The notes under the pieces are model-generated. The model ran no database searches and was not told where the DNA came from. It saw only the letters and a program-made list of their open reading frames with translations. A DNA stretch of 64,000 nt from Verrucomicrobiales bacterium (GTDB lineage: Bacteria; Verrucomicrobiota; Verrucomicrobiia; Verrucomicrobiales; DEV007): positions 91,979-155,978 of the forward strand of contig JAEUHH010000005.1 of NCBI GenBank assembly GCA_016795505.1. The letters are read 5' to 3'. Below are positions 34,551 to 44,729 of the stretch, piece after piece; within the stretch, counting starts at the first letter, position 1; each line of letters opens with the position of its first letter. Both the position numbers and the translations under genes were made by a program.

Positions 34551-36074
34551 TCATGAGCCGGACGCCGCGGGGATGCGGTTCAGGGTGTAATAGGCGTCGG
34601 GATAGAGCAGAGGCTGGCTTTTCCGGCTGCGAATGCCGGCCGCTTTGAGCGAAAATACGTGGAGTTCGCGGAGTCCGGCCACTTTCAGCCGGACGCTGAG
34701 GCCGTCGGTAGAAACCGTGGCGGACTCGACGGCGTGATCGGCCGGATCGATCTCCTCGCTGCCGTAGGCGCCGGAATACAGGTAGGTGTGGCTGGAAATC
34801 GCATAACTGGCCGGATCAGTCGCGGCAGCGGCATCGACCGGCTCGGTGAAGACCAGTTCGAAGCCGTCGCTCTTTGCCCGCATCTCGCGGATGGCAAACG
34901 CCAGGTCACCGGCCCGCCGCACCCGGACCAGACCGTAGCTGCGGTTGCCCAGAGAGGACCAGCCGCGATTGGTCATGCCGACGAAAAGACTGCCGTCGGG
35001 GGCGAAGGCGAGCCGCACGACTGCCGCGGGGAAGCCGCTGAGGAAGGGGAAACAGGCGCCCTGGTATTCTCCGCCGACTTTTTCCAGAAAGACCCGGCTC
35101 ACAGCGGCGTTGGTGAACTCGCCGACGAGCAACTGGCCGTCGAAGGGGCCGAACTTCCCCGCCTGATCGATGACCTGGATGTCCGTGGCGCTGCGTCCCA
35201 TCTTGTTATAGGGCAGCCAGACCGCTGCGGGCGCCATCTCCGGCAGGGCGCGGACCGCCTCGGCATAGGTTTTGCCCTCGGGCACCGGAGCGGACAGGCG
35301 CAATGGCGATCCGGGGGCCTCCTGGGCGGCGATGCCCTCGGGATTGGTGTAGAAGACGCCCCGCCGCAGGTGGTGGATCGGCGTGGCGGCGACCCAGGTG
35401 CCCTGCTGGTCGGTGACGAACAGGTCGCCCGCCAGATTCGCCCCCATCCCGCAGGGCGAGCGCAGTCCCGCGGCCATTGGTGTGACGGTGCCGTCGGCAT
35501 TGGCCGTCAGCGCCCAGCCGTGCCAGGGAGCGGCGTTGTTGGCCCGGTCGCCCATGTCCACGTTGGTCGTGATCCAGAGCCGCCCCGAGCCGTCGCGCTC
35601 GGGACCGTAGGCGTAACCATGATAGTTCCCCGAGACATTCCAACCCCGTGCCGCGGTCAGGTATTCATCGGCGATGCCGTCGCCGTCCGTGTCGCGCAGA
35701 CGGGTCATCTCGGTGCGCTGGACGACGAGAAAGCCGTCGCCGTCGGGCAGCAATCCGAGCGGCTCGTGCAGGCCGCTGGCAAAGCGATGGTAGGTCATCT
35801 GCTTCGGATCCTCGCCGAGGACGCCGTCGATGAACCAGACTTCGCCCTTGCGCACCGCCACGGCGATGCGGTCGGGCCCGATCCAGGCGAGGCCGCTGAC
35901 TTCGAGTGTCACGCCATCGCCGGGCTTCCACGTGGTGTCGCGGGAACTGGAAGGCGACAAGGCGGTGTAGATGTCGAGCGCCTCGTAGCCGGGCTCGATC
36001 GCGGCGAGGGGACCGGCCGACAGCAGCAGGAGGACGACCGCGCCGAGGCGGGAGAAGGAACGGTGGGGAGTCAT
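34551..36074 (-). CDS. secreted glucose/sorbosone-dehydrogenase-like beta-propeller protein (PVC 'membrane-bound dehydrogenase' domain)
   Basis: It has a signal peptide (MTPHRSFSRLGAVVLLLLSAGPLAA), the DTDGDGIADE calcium-binding-like loop and propeller blades. The start is trimmed to the ATG at 36074, which overlaps the stop of the cytochrome gene (ATGA). Confidence 0.6.
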   Translation of the reverse strand: MTPHRSFSRLGAVVLLLLSAGPLAAIEPGYEALDIYTALSPSSSRDTTWKPGDGVTLEVSGLAWIGPDRIAVAVRKGEVWFIDGVLGEDPKQMTYHRFASGLHEPLGLLPDGDGFLVVQRTEMTRLRDTDGDGIADEYLTAARGWNVSGNYHGYAYGPERDGSGRLWITTNVDMGDRANNAAPWHGWALTANADGTVTPMAAGLRSPCGMGANLAGDLFVTDQQGTWVAATPIHHLRRGVFYTNPEGIAAQEAPGSPLRLSAPVPEGKTYAEAVRALPEMAPAAVWLPYNKMGRSATDIQVIDQAGKFGPFDGQLLVGEFTNAAVSRVFLEKVGGEYQGACFPFLSGFPAAVVRLAFAPDGSLFVGMTNRGWSSLGNRSYGLVRVRRAGDLAFAIREMRAKSDGFELVFTEPVDAAAATDPASYAISSHTYLYSGAYGSEEIDPADHAVESATVSTDGLSVRLKVAGLRELHVFSLKAAGIRSRKSQPLLYPDAYYTLNRIPAASGS

Positions 36075-38191
36075 TTCCACGAATAGATGAAGGTGCGTTG
36101 CCGGGGGCCAGCGGCTGGGCCGGCGTCGACGGTGAGGCCTTCGGGATGCTGCCAGGCCGGTTCGGCAGCCCCATCCGCCCAGGTCACGGTGCGAAAAAGC
36201 CGGCCCTCGCGGGCTTCGTAGCGATCCTCCACCGCGACGCCGTCGATGGTGGCGAGGAAGGTGGGCAGGCCGGCCGCATCGAGCCGGTAGCCGCGGAAGC
36301 CGCCGCTCTCGCTTTCGGAGGACCGGGGCCAGGCATGGACCTCGCTCTCCAGCGGATCCTCGAACGGCGCGGCCCGAACGAACCAAGTCGAGTAGGCATC
36401 GAAGAAGCGGCCCCGCCAGGCGAGCCGCGGGCGACCCTTCTCGCCATCATAAGCCAGATTCACCCCGCCGGGAAATCCCGCCAGGATGGCGTGGGTGCCC
36501 ACTTCATTGAGAAAGGCTCGCTGCACGATGGGTCGGTCCTTCGGCACCAGCTCGAAGGCACCGGTCACGTGGTCGGGGTAGCCCTCCGGCAGTCCCTCGC
36601 CGCGCTCGATGTAGGCCCACAATGCGGCGATCTGCCGCTCGCTGTCGCCGCCGAGGATGTCGCGGTTCAGCGACTGGCCGCCCGGCCAGAGAGGCGGCAT
36701 CAGGGTGCCGGGCCGGTAGCCGGCGGGATTGAGCAGGTAGTCGCGGAACCAATCCGGCCGCAGGCGCTGGTCGAGCTGGCTGATGTCGAGGGCCTGGATG
36801 CCGAGCGAGGGTCGGTCGCCCCAGACGTGGCAGGTGACGCAGTTCATTCCGCCAGCCACTCCGGCGAGGCGGCGGCCCGCTTCCAGGTCGTGGGGACCGC
36901 CCGCCAGCGGCGGCAGATCGCGGCGGTCGGCTTCGGTGAGTAGTTTGGTCAGAAAGTCGGCCTGGGCCGAATACTTCGGCATCTTGGTGTGGACGTAGGG
37001 CCGCACCCGCCCCTTGCCCTCGAAGACACCCTTCAGCCAGCCCGGCTGGAGCTTCCGCCCGATGCCGGTCAGAGGCGGCGCGAGGCGCCCGGCGTCGGCG
37101 ATGCCCTCGTCGCCGACGAAAAAGCGGTTCCGCGCCGCATCGGGTCCGCCGGTTCCGTCGCGGTCGTGGCAGGCGAGGCAGTTCATCGCCCGCAGCGAGA
37201 GATCGGCGGTTTCGGCGGCGGAAAAGGCCGGTCCAGATGAGTCTTTCAGATAGGCGATCAGGGCGGAGCGCTGGTCCGGACTCAGTTCGTAGTGGGGTCG
37301 CCCTGCGGCGGCCGTCTCGGACAGACAACCGGACGCGGGAGTCATCCCAGCGATCGGAAGCGGGGCGGGAGCGGCGATTTTTTCGAGGTGATGACAGGCT
37401 GCGCAGCTCATCCGGGTAGCAATTTCCCGGCCGCGCTTCGCTTTTTCCCCATCGACGACGAATCGCGGCAGCGCGGGCGCCTGGCGCGGATCGCTGTCGC
37501 GGTAGTCGAACAGGTGAGCGGCGATGTCGAGGGCGTCCTCGTCGGTGAGGCCGAGATCGGGCATCCGACCGTCGGGACGGACATGGCTCGAATTTCCCAG
37601 GAAGGCGGCCAGGCTGAGAAGGCTGTATTTTTCGCGCAGATCCGGAAAGGGCACCGGACGACTGGAAAAATCCTCCGGTTTCGGCGCTCCGGCGGAGGGA
37701 TGAAAGTCCGGCGTGGGCGCATGGCAGGCCACGCAGCCCACCTGATGATAGCGGGCGCTGCCGCGCTCGGCGTTCGCGTGGCGCGGCACCTTCGGCTTGG
37801 GCGCCTTTGGGTCGGGCTTCAGGGACATCAAATAATGCACCACGGCATCAATCTGGGCGGCCTTTTCTGCCTTCGGCAGGCCTTCGAACAGCGCGGGCAT
37901 CATCGTGCCGGCCTTGGCTTGCTGCGGTGAATCGAGAAAGGCCGCGATCCATTCCGCCGAGGCGCGTCCGGATAGGCCCGCCAGGACAGGCCCGCTCCGC
38001 GCCGGCAGGCCGGGGCTGTTGCCGTGGCAGGAGACACAGCCCAATTCGGAAAACAGCACCGCGCCATCGTGCCGGTCCGGCGAATCGGCGTGGAAGCGCT
38101 CATAGCCGGTGACCAGCGGCTGGGCTGAAGCCAAACCCGTTCCCAATAGGCCGGCCAGACAGGCCAGCGTCGTCCTGGTGCGGGTCTTCAC
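36071..38191 (-). CDS. multi-haem c-type cytochrome (five CxxCH sites), secreted
   Basis: Haem-binding motifs CVSCH, CVACH, CAACHH, CLACH and CVTCH are spread over 706 aa after a signal peptide. It has a GTG start at 38191 that overlaps the stop of the upstream isomerase gene. Confidence 0.75.
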   Translation of the reverse strand: MKTRTRTTLACLAGLLGTGLASAQPLVTGYERFHADSPDRHDGAVLFSELGCVSCHGNSPGLPARSGPVLAGLSGRASAEWIAAFLDSPQQAKAGTMMPALFEGLPKAEKAAQIDAVVHYLMSLKPDPKAPKPKVPRHANAERGSARYHQVGCVACHAPTPDFHPSAGAPKPEDFSSRPVPFPDLREKYSLLSLAAFLGNSSHVRPDGRMPDLGLTDEDALDIAAHLFDYRDSDPRQAPALPRFVVDGEKAKRGREIATRMSCAACHHLEKIAAPAPLPIAGMTPASGCLSETAAAGRPHYELSPDQRSALIAYLKDSSGPAFSAAETADLSLRAMNCLACHDRDGTGGPDAARNRFFVGDEGIADAGRLAPPLTGIGRKLQPGWLKGVFEGKGRVRPYVHTKMPKYSAQADFLTKLLTEADRRDLPPLAGGPHDLEAGRRLAGVAGGMNCVTCHVWGDRPSLGIQALDISQLDQRLRPDWFRDYLLNPAGYRPGTLMPPLWPGGQSLNRDILGGDSERQIAALWAYIERGEGLPEGYPDHVTGAFELVPKDRPIVQRAFLNEVGTHAILAGFPGGVNLAYDGEKGRPRLAWRGRFFDAYSTWFVRAAPFEDPLESEVHAWPRSSESESGGFRGYRLDAAGLPTFLATIDGVAVEDRYEAREGRLFRTVTWADGAAEPAWQHPEGLTVDAGPAAGPRQRTFIYSWK

Positions 38192-39099
38192 GCGTTCACC
38201 TCCCGGAGCAGCCCCTCGATGTGGTCGCGGGAGCGGTTGATGGCGGAAGTGATCTCACCCGGAGTCGGCAGCATCGGCAATCCGCGCGGAGTCGGGTGCA
38301 TGAAGATCTCGACATACCCGCCAAAACCCACCTCGCGCAGCGCTGCCAGGATCGGCCGGTAGTCGAGGGTGCCATAGCCGGGGAGCTGTTGCAGTTCGAT
38401 CTCCTTGGCGACGGTCTGCTTGCTGCCGATGCCGTATTCCTGAAAGTAGATGAAGGGCAGGTTCTTCGCGCCCAGTTCGCGGATCAGCTTCGGCATTTCG
38501 CCGACATGCTCGTGGAGATGGTGCGGGGCGAAAGCCACGCCGAGGGCGGGATGGGTGTTGAGTTCGGCCCAGTAGCGTATCGAGTCCGGTGTGTAAAGCA
38601 GGGCATTGGCATGATTCTCGATCGCGATGGTGAGGCCGTGTTCGGCGGCGGCATCGGCGTGGGGTTTCATCGCCTCGAGGAACTCCCGGATGCCGGCTTT
38701 GGCCTCGGCGCCGCTGACGTTTTTCGGCCCCTTGGAGGCGCAGACCAGCAGTTTGCCGCCGAGGCGCTTCAACAACGGCATCTCGGGCTGGAGGCCGAAG
38801 GGACCGAGCGGGTAACGCGTCGAGCAGACCAGTTGCACGGCATGCTTTTTCAACAGCGCCTCGAAGGCATCCACCCCGATCGCGTCCACCTCCTCGCGGT
38901 GGGTGGCGTGTTGTTTGCCCCACAGGTCGAGGCCCACGCAGCCGGCCGGCGCCACCTCGGGCAGCACCTGTTCCAGCTTCAGGTCGCCGTAGAGGGCCGA
39001 GGATAGGAGGTAGTTCAGCCGAAGCGGAGCGGGTGCTGCGGCGGCGAGCGCGGGAGCGGCGAAGATCGGCAGGGCGGCGAGGAGACGACGGCGTTTCAT
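38188..39099 (-). CDS. sugar-phosphate isomerase/epimerase (xylose-isomerase-like TIM barrel), Tat/Sec-exported
   Basis: It has an RR-type signal (MKRRRLLAALPIFAAPALAAA) followed by ...LTIAIENH...YVEIF, typical of AP-endonuclease-2/xylose-isomerase-like barrels. Confidence 0.8.
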   Translation of the reverse strand: MKRRRLLAALPIFAAPALAAAAPAPLRLNYLLSSALYGDLKLEQVLPEVAPAGCVGLDLWGKQHATHREEVDAIGVDAFEALLKKHAVQLVCSTRYPLGPFGLQPEMPLLKRLGGKLLVCASKGPKNVSGAEAKAGIREFLEAMKPHADAAAEHGLTIAIENHANALLYTPDSIRYWAELNTHPALGVAFAPHHLHEHVGEMPKLIRELGAKNLPFIYFQEYGIGSKQTVAKEIELQQLPGYGTLDYRPILAALREVGFGGYVEIFMHPTPRGLPMLPTPGEITSAINRSRDHIEGLLREVNA

Positions 39100-39138
39100 G
39101 GGGATCTGGAACGTGGGAAAGGGCTTTCCGATTGTCGA

Positions 39139-39720
39139 TCAGGACTGGGCAGCCAACCAGGCATCGAGCGCCGCGATCCAGGGGCCGACGAAGTGACCGC
39201 TGTCGTGATAGGTGCGCCCGCTGTACATGTGGCGGTCGATCACGCAGGGCTCGTTGACGTAGATGCCGCCGCAGACCTCCAGGTCGAACTGGCATTTTGC
39301 CACCGTAGCCATCCGCAGTCCCTTCACGATGCCGGCGCGCGCCGGGATTTCGACCCCGTGGCAGACGCTGGCCATGGGCCGCTCCTGCTCCCAGAACCAG
39401 CGCGTGATGCGGAGCAGGTCGGCGTCCTCGCGGATGTATTCCGGTGCCCGGCCGCCGCTGAAGAAGATGCCTGCGTAGTCCTCCGGTTGGATCTCGGAAA
39501 AGGCCACGTCGGCCATGATGCTGTAGCCTTCCCACTCTTTGGTGATCGTCCAGCCGGGCTTGATCTCGTGCAGCACCATCTGGTAGCGGCGCTTCTCCGG
39601 CGCGGCCACCACGGGTTGGTAACCACCCTCGATGAGACGGTAGTAGGGGTAGAGCGTATCGACGGTTTCGGTGGCGTCGCCGACGATGATGAGGACCTTG
39701 GCTTTGGGTTGGGAATTCAT
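39139..39720 (-). CDS. DJ-1/PfpI-family protein
   Basis: KVLIIVGDATETVDTLYPYYRL...MASVCHGVEIPARAGI carries the nucleophile-elbow Cys within the CHG motif. Confidence 0.85.
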   Translation of the reverse strand: MNSQPKAKVLIIVGDATETVDTLYPYYRLIEGGYQPVVAAPEKRRYQMVLHEIKPGWTITKEWEGYSIMADVAFSEIQPEDYAGIFFSGGRAPEYIREDADLLRITRWFWEQERPMASVCHGVEIPARAGIVKGLRMATVAKCQFDLEVCGGIYVNEPCVIDRHMYSGRTYHDSGHFVGPWIAALDAWLAAQS

Positions 39721-39921
39721 GAGTGCGTCAGCATAGACCCGGACCGGCCCGTGCGTCAGTGCGGGAATGAGGCGGAAAACCTGCGCTTTTCCGTCATGAT
39801 CGCGAAAGTCAAGCAGGCGCCCAAGTGGTCGGAAAACGGACTATTTAAGCCCAATTCGGCGCGGCGATTTCTGTGAAAGCCAGTTGACGGCCAGTCTACC
39901 TGCGGTTTTTCGTCACGTCGC

Positions 39922-41079
39922 ATGTCTGGCCGCAGTCCCGCCATTCCGCGGGTCGCCCTGCTCATCGAGACGACCCGCAGCTACACCCGCGACATCCTCG
40001 CCGGGGTGCGCCGCTACGTCGATGAGTTCGGCCCGTGGTCCACATACATCGAGCTGCGCGCACCCGATTCAGCACCGCCGCCCTGGCTGATGAACTGGGA
40101 CGGCGATGGCATCCTGACGCGGACCTTCACCCCGGAGATGAACCGCGCCGTGGCAGCCACCGGTCTGCCTGCCGTCGAACTGCGCTCCACCAGTCTGCCG
40201 CACGACCGGCCCTTCGTCGGCGTGGACAACGGTCTCATCGGCCAGTCCGTCGCCGAGCACTTTCTCAATCGCGGTTACCGGCAGTTTGCCGTCTATGGGC
40301 TGACCAGCGAGGCCTTCTTCATCGAGCGGATCGACAATTTCGTCAGCCGGCTGCGGCGCGGCGGCTTTCCCTGCGTCACCCTGCCGGCAAATGATTCCGA
40401 CCACCCCGCGGACTGGGAGCGGCATCAGGCCCGGCTCATCGCGGCTCTCCGCGGCCTGCCCAAACCCGTGGGAATCTTCGCGGCCAACGACCCCCTCGGC
40501 GTCCACCTGCTCGATGCCTGCCTGCGGGCCGGGCTCGCCGTGCCCGAGGAGATCGCCGTGGTCGGCTGCGAGGATGACGAGACTCTCTGCACGCTGGCTA
40601 CGCCTCCGCTGACCAGCGTGCGCCTCGATGGCCGGCGGGTCGGCTACGAGGCGGCGCGCCTGCTCGACGGGCTGATGCGGGGCGGTCAGCGTCCGGCGAC
40701 GCCGCTGTTGCTGCCGCCGCGCGGCATCGTGACCCGCCAGTCATCCGACGACCTGGTCATCACCGATCCGCTGGTGGCGCATTGCTGCCGCCTCATCCGG
40801 GAAAAATTTCCCAGCGGACTGGGTGTCGCCGATCTCTGTGCGGCGGTGAACGCCTCCCGCAGCACCCTCGAGCGCCGCATGAAGGCCGCCATCGGCCGCA
40901 CTCCGAAGGAGGAGATCCAGCGGCTCCGCTTCCGCGAGGTCGAGCGTCTGCTGCGCGAGTCGGACCTCACCCTCGAAGCCATCGCCGAAAAGACCGGCTT
41001 CGTCAGCGCCAGCCATTTCCAGAATGCGTTCCGGGAGCGCCACGGCATCACGCCCGGCCGGTTCCGTCGCGGCGGCTGA
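39922..41079 (+). CDS. XylR-like transcriptional regulator (periplasmic-binding-protein-like sensor domain + AraC-family HTH)
   Basis: The N-terminal LacI/PBP-like fold (RVALLIETTRSYTRDILAGVRRY...GVDNGLIGQ) is followed by a C-terminal AraC HTH (STLERRMKAAIGRTPKEEIQRLRFREVERLL...SHFQNAFRERHGITPGRFRR). It is divergent from the DJ-1/isomerase/cytochrome/dehydrogenase operon. Confidence 0.85.
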   Translation: MSGRSPAIPRVALLIETTRSYTRDILAGVRRYVDEFGPWSTYIELRAPDSAPPPWLMNWDGDGILTRTFTPEMNRAVAATGLPAVELRSTSLPHDRPFVGVDNGLIGQSVAEHFLNRGYRQFAVYGLTSEAFFIERIDNFVSRLRRGGFPCVTLPANDSDHPADWERHQARLIAALRGLPKPVGIFAANDPLGVHLLDACLRAGLAVPEEIAVVGCEDDETLCTLATPPLTSVRLDGRRVGYEAARLLDGLMRGGQRPATPLLLPPRGIVTRQSSDDLVITDPLVAHCCRLIREKFPSGLGVADLCAAVNASRSTLERRMKAAIGRTPKEEIQRLRFREVERLLRESDLTLEAIAEKTGFVSASHFQNAFRERHGITPGRFRRGG

Positions 41080-41123
41080 TCAAACAGGGTAGCATCTCCG
41101 ATCCAACCCTGTTTGATCGGAAA
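41078..41123. repeat. dispersed GATC-rich palindromic element, copy 4 (starts within the stop codon of the XylR/AraC-like gene; convergent gene pair)
   Basis: The sequence is gatcaaacagggtagcatctccgatccaaccctgtttgatcggaaa. The central part is in the opposite orientation to copy 5. Confidence 0.7.
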
Positions 41124-41131
41124 TTGGCCGG

Positions 41132-43708
41132 TCAGGCGCCCGGCTCCGCGGACAGGAAAGCCAGCAGGTCGCGCAGCTCGCGGTCGGTCAGCAGGGCGGG
41201 CAGGCCGGGTGGCATCAGCGAGGTCTTCAGCTCGGTGCGCTCGACGATTTCCTCCGGCTTGAAGGAGCGTTCCCGGCCAGTGATGTCGCGGAATACCTCG
41301 GTGCTGGAAGATCGCAGCAGGATGCCGAGAAATCCGGTGCCATCGGCGAGGGTCAGTTGGGTGGGGTAATACTGCGGGGCGACCTCGCGATGGGGCTCGA
41401 GGAGGGATCGGAGCAGGCCCTCGCGATCGCTCTGTCTGCCGATCAGGCTGAGATCGGGGCCGACCACGACGCCGCGGCCACTGTGCCGGTGACAGGTGCC
41501 GCACAGGGCGATCCGGGAGTGGAAAAAGAGGCGTCGGCCCGCGGCTAGATCGGCGGGGCCGGGCACGGCGTCGAGACGTCTCAGCCAGCCGGCGGTGTCG
41601 TCGAGGCCGGGCCGCCCGGCCTGGATGGACGAGGCGTCGGTGACGGCGGCAACGAGCGGGGTGGCTTCGGGATGGGCTTCGGCCACCGGTTGCAGCGCCG
41701 CCTTTGACGACTCGTCGAGTGGGACGAGCCGCAGGGCGCGCAGGGCTTCGTCCCGGAGGCCCGCGTCTGTGTCAGTCTTGGTGGCGAGGCGGATGAGCAG
41801 CGCCTGGTGCTCCGGCACAGTCGATCCGGCCAGTCCGACGACGGCTTCGGTGCGGGCGGCGGCGGGGCGCTGCGCATCGGAGGCCACCTCGGCCAGGACG
41901 GCCCGGGCGTCGTCGGCTTGGCGTGCCGCGAGGGTGCGGATGGCCTCCAGCGCGAGATCGGGGTCGCCCGCATTGAGCAGTTCGCGCAGCAGAGGCACGG
42001 TGATGCGGGCGTGGGTCGCCGGAGCCAGCCTCAGGGCATAGCCCCGGAGCCGGGCCGGGGTCTGCGGATCGGCGATGCGGTCGGCGAGCACCTCGGGATT
42101 CGTCACGCCGGCCCCGGGATCGCCCCGGAGGGTGTTCCACGCGGCGAGGCTGGCTTCGAACAGTCGGTAGTCGAGCGCGGGATCGCGGAGCAGGGCTTCG
42201 ACCTCTTTTTGAAAATCGGTCAGTACGGCGTCGGCGATCCAACGGAGGCATTCGAAGCGGATTTCGGGATCGGGATCGTCCCAGAGGGCGCGCACCCATC
42301 GGCCATTGGTCAAATCGACGCGTCGCAGGGCCACCAGGGCCCAGACCCGGTCGGCGGCGGGCAGGGCGCGGACGGATTCGGGCGTCCACGAGGCGCTGCG
42401 CTTTGCCAAGGCGGTTAGGGCGGCGTCGGCAAGATAGCGATCGTTGCCGCGGACGAGCGCAAAGAGCCGGGCCTCGTCGAGGTCGGCTTTTCCGCTCCGC
42501 AGATCGCGGGCGAGCCGGCTGGAATCGGTCTCGGGAGAGCGCTCCCGCTGGATCCATTCCGCCGCGGCCCGGTCGATCTCAAGCTTCCAGAGCCGGCCGC
42601 GGGCGTGAATGGGATAGGAACTGAATACCCAGTCCGTGAGGTAGAATGAGCCGTCCGGCCCTGCCGCCAGACCGACGGGACGGAAGTGGTCGCCGCCGCT
42701 GACGAGGGCGTGCCGCTCGGAGCGAAAGCCGGCGCCGTCGCGGGTGAGGGGGTAGTAATCGACCCGGTGATCGCTCCACGAGGGAATCAGCAGGCCGCCG
42801 CCGAGTTCCACCACCGCGCAGGGGCCCTCTCCGCTGGGATGGACCATGCCGAGCGTGCCGCGCAGTTCGCCGTTCCACGCCACGAAGGGATGCACCGCCG
42901 AGCTGCCATAGACCCACTGAAAGCCATAGTCGGCGCCTTCGACCACGTTAAGCAGGCGGCACGGCGGCCGGCTGCCGGGGTCGTTTTCGGCTGCGAAGAT
43001 CTCGCCATCGTCGCGGACGAAGAGGCCGAAGGGATTCCAGAACCCCTGGGCAATGCGGCGCATCTCCCGGCCGTCGGGGGTGCAGCGGAAGACGCCGCCT
43101 TCGCCGCGCCCCTTTTCCTCAGAGCCGTCGCGGGCGGAAAGCACCCAATCCTTCCCAAAATTCTCACCCAGCGAGAAGATGAGCGCCCCGTCGGGATGCC
43201 AGGCCATGCCGCTCAAGCCGTTGTGCGGGTAGTCGGCCACGGTGTCGAGGGCGGCGAGCGTCTCCTCGACATCGCCTTTCCCGTCGCCATCGCTGTCGCG
43301 GACGCGGAGGATGCGGTCGCGCTCGGCGAGGTAGACCCAGCCGTCGGGACCGAGGATGAGCTGCATGGTGGCCTCGGTCCGGTTGTAGAAAACGCGGCGG
43401 TTTTTGCCGTCCTTGTCAAAGACGAGGATCTCGTCGTGCTCGGGCCCCTGATAGCCCTCGGGACGGAAATGGGTGTGGCAGGCCACCAGCCAGACGTCGC
43501 CGCGGTCGTCGACATCGATGCCGGTGGGCGTGACGAGGTCGGGATGCTCGGCCAGGAGCGTCAGCTTTACGCCGGGCAGCCGCGTCTCGATCTTGGGCGA
43601 GAGGTCGTCGGGCACCACCGGTGCCTTGGGCGGCGGGGCGCCGGGAGGCGCGGCGATGGCGGCCAGCGGTAGGAGGAGAAAAAGCGGCAAAGATATGGCG
43701 ATTCTCAT
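41132..43708 (-). CDS. PVC-type haem-binding protein: sorbosone-dehydrogenase-like beta-propeller + HEAT repeats + C-terminal cytochrome c domain
   Basis: It has a signal peptide, DSDGDGKGD loops, HEAT-like Ala/Leu repeats and a C-terminal CGTCH haem-binding site. The start is trimmed to the ATG at 43708. Confidence 0.7.
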   Translation of the reverse strand: MRIAISLPLFLLLPLAAIAAPPGAPPPKAPVVPDDLSPKIETRLPGVKLTLLAEHPDLVTPTGIDVDDRGDVWLVACHTHFRPEGYQGPEHDEILVFDKDGKNRRVFYNRTEATMQLILGPDGWVYLAERDRILRVRDSDGDGKGDVEETLAALDTVADYPHNGLSGMAWHPDGALIFSLGENFGKDWVLSARDGSEEKGRGEGGVFRCTPDGREMRRIAQGFWNPFGLFVRDDGEIFAAENDPGSRPPCRLLNVVEGADYGFQWVYGSSAVHPFVAWNGELRGTLGMVHPSGEGPCAVVELGGGLLIPSWSDHRVDYYPLTRDGAGFRSERHALVSGGDHFRPVGLAAGPDGSFYLTDWVFSSYPIHARGRLWKLEIDRAAAEWIQRERSPETDSSRLARDLRSGKADLDEARLFALVRGNDRYLADAALTALAKRSASWTPESVRALPAADRVWALVALRRVDLTNGRWVRALWDDPDPEIRFECLRWIADAVLTDFQKEVEALLRDPALDYRLFEASLAAWNTLRGDPGAGVTNPEVLADRIADPQTPARLRGYALRLAPATHARITVPLLRELLNAGDPDLALEAIRTLAARQADDARAVLAEVASDAQRPAAARTEAVVGLAGSTVPEHQALLIRLATKTDTDAGLRDEALRALRLVPLDESSKAALQPVAEAHPEATPLVAAVTDASSIQAGRPGLDDTAGWLRRLDAVPGPADLAAGRRLFFHSRIALCGTCHRHSGRGVVVGPDLSLIGRQSDREGLLRSLLEPHREVAPQYYPTQLTLADGTGFLGILLRSSSTEVFRDITGRERSFKPEEIVERTELKTSLMPPGLPALLTDRELRDLLAFLSAEPGA

Positions 43709-43733
43709 CTCAATGGGAATGCTTCGGAATTGA

Positions 43734-44600
43734 TCAACTGGCTTTGGCTCTCTCCAGCGCGGCGGCAATTTCGCGCTCGATGACGTCGAGGGAGTTCAGC
43801 AGCGTGGTCGGATCGGGGACGGGGGTGACTTCATTGGTCACCGGATCCCAATTGACCGGGCCGTAGCGGCAGGGCTCGGGGTTGCCGGTGAGGATATGCG
43901 CGCCGGCATCGCCCTTGTTGAAGTGCCAGAACTCGAAGGGGAAGTGCATGAAGCCCCGCGCCTCCATGACGGCGGTGATGGCGAGGCGGTTTTCCAATTC
44001 CTCAGCCGTGATGTAGGGCGAGCGCATGGGGGTGCGCTCGCTCATCTCGAGATAGGGCACCCCGCGCCAGACTTCGCCGCCGCCATCCCGCCGGAAAACG
44101 GAGATGTCGATGGCCGATCCGGACATGTGGGTGCCGATTTTGGGCATGTTCGCCGTCAGGACGATGGCGCGGCGGAAGACGAACTCGGGCGTGGGGATCT
44201 CGCCACCGAGTTCCCAGAGACACTTCTTCAGCACATTGTCGAAGACGGAGGGCCGGCGAACGAGCTGGCGCTGCATCTCCAGGGTGCGAAAGCCGTCCTC
44301 GATTTTCAGCACCCAGCCGCGGGCATTCATGTCCCGGCCGGCTTCGACGACCTCGCGGGCGAGCGACTCGCGCATGAAAAAGACGCGGTCGAGATCGCCG
44401 GCGATCTTCGAGGTGGAGAAAAGCATCTCCACTCCGGCGGCGGCGGCGAGGTTGGGCAGCGAGGCGAATCCCTCGCCGCATTCGGCCACGGGGAAGGCGA
44501 TGAGTTGCTCGACCATGGCATAGCCCTGCTCCATCTGTTCAGTCCAGTAGGCGCGGCGGGCCGCCTGATCGGCGTGGTCCGGGGAAAGTTCGGTCGTCAT
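43734..44600 (-). CDS. M15-family D-Ala-D-Ala dipeptidase-like zinc peptidase (VanX-like)
   Basis: HMSGSAIDIS (SxHxxGxAxD zinc-ligand motif), the downstream EFWHF motif and an upstream ...R...E... region are present. The start is trimmed to the ATG at 44600. Confidence 0.65.
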   Translation of the reverse strand: MTTELSPDHADQAARRAYWTEQMEQGYAMVEQLIAFPVAECGEGFASLPNLAAAAGVEMLFSTSKIAGDLDRVFFMRESLAREVVEAGRDMNARGWVLKIEDGFRTLEMQRQLVRRPSVFDNVLKKCLWELGGEIPTPEFVFRRAIVLTANMPKIGTHMSGSAIDISVFRRDGGGEVWRGVPYLEMSERTPMRSPYITAEELENRLAITAVMEARGFMHFPFEFWHFNKGDAGAHILTGNPEPCRYGPVNWDPVTNEVTPVPDPTTLLNSLDVIEREIAAALERAKAS

Positions 44601-44729
44601 GATGGCCTCATTTTCCCGCCTTCCCCCCGTCTCTGGCAAGCCGCGGATGGGACCGAATCGCGCGGGGGAAGGCGGAATCCTCCGAACGGGACGTTGAATC
44701 CGGGGCCGAAATCAGGTAGGATCGACCTC

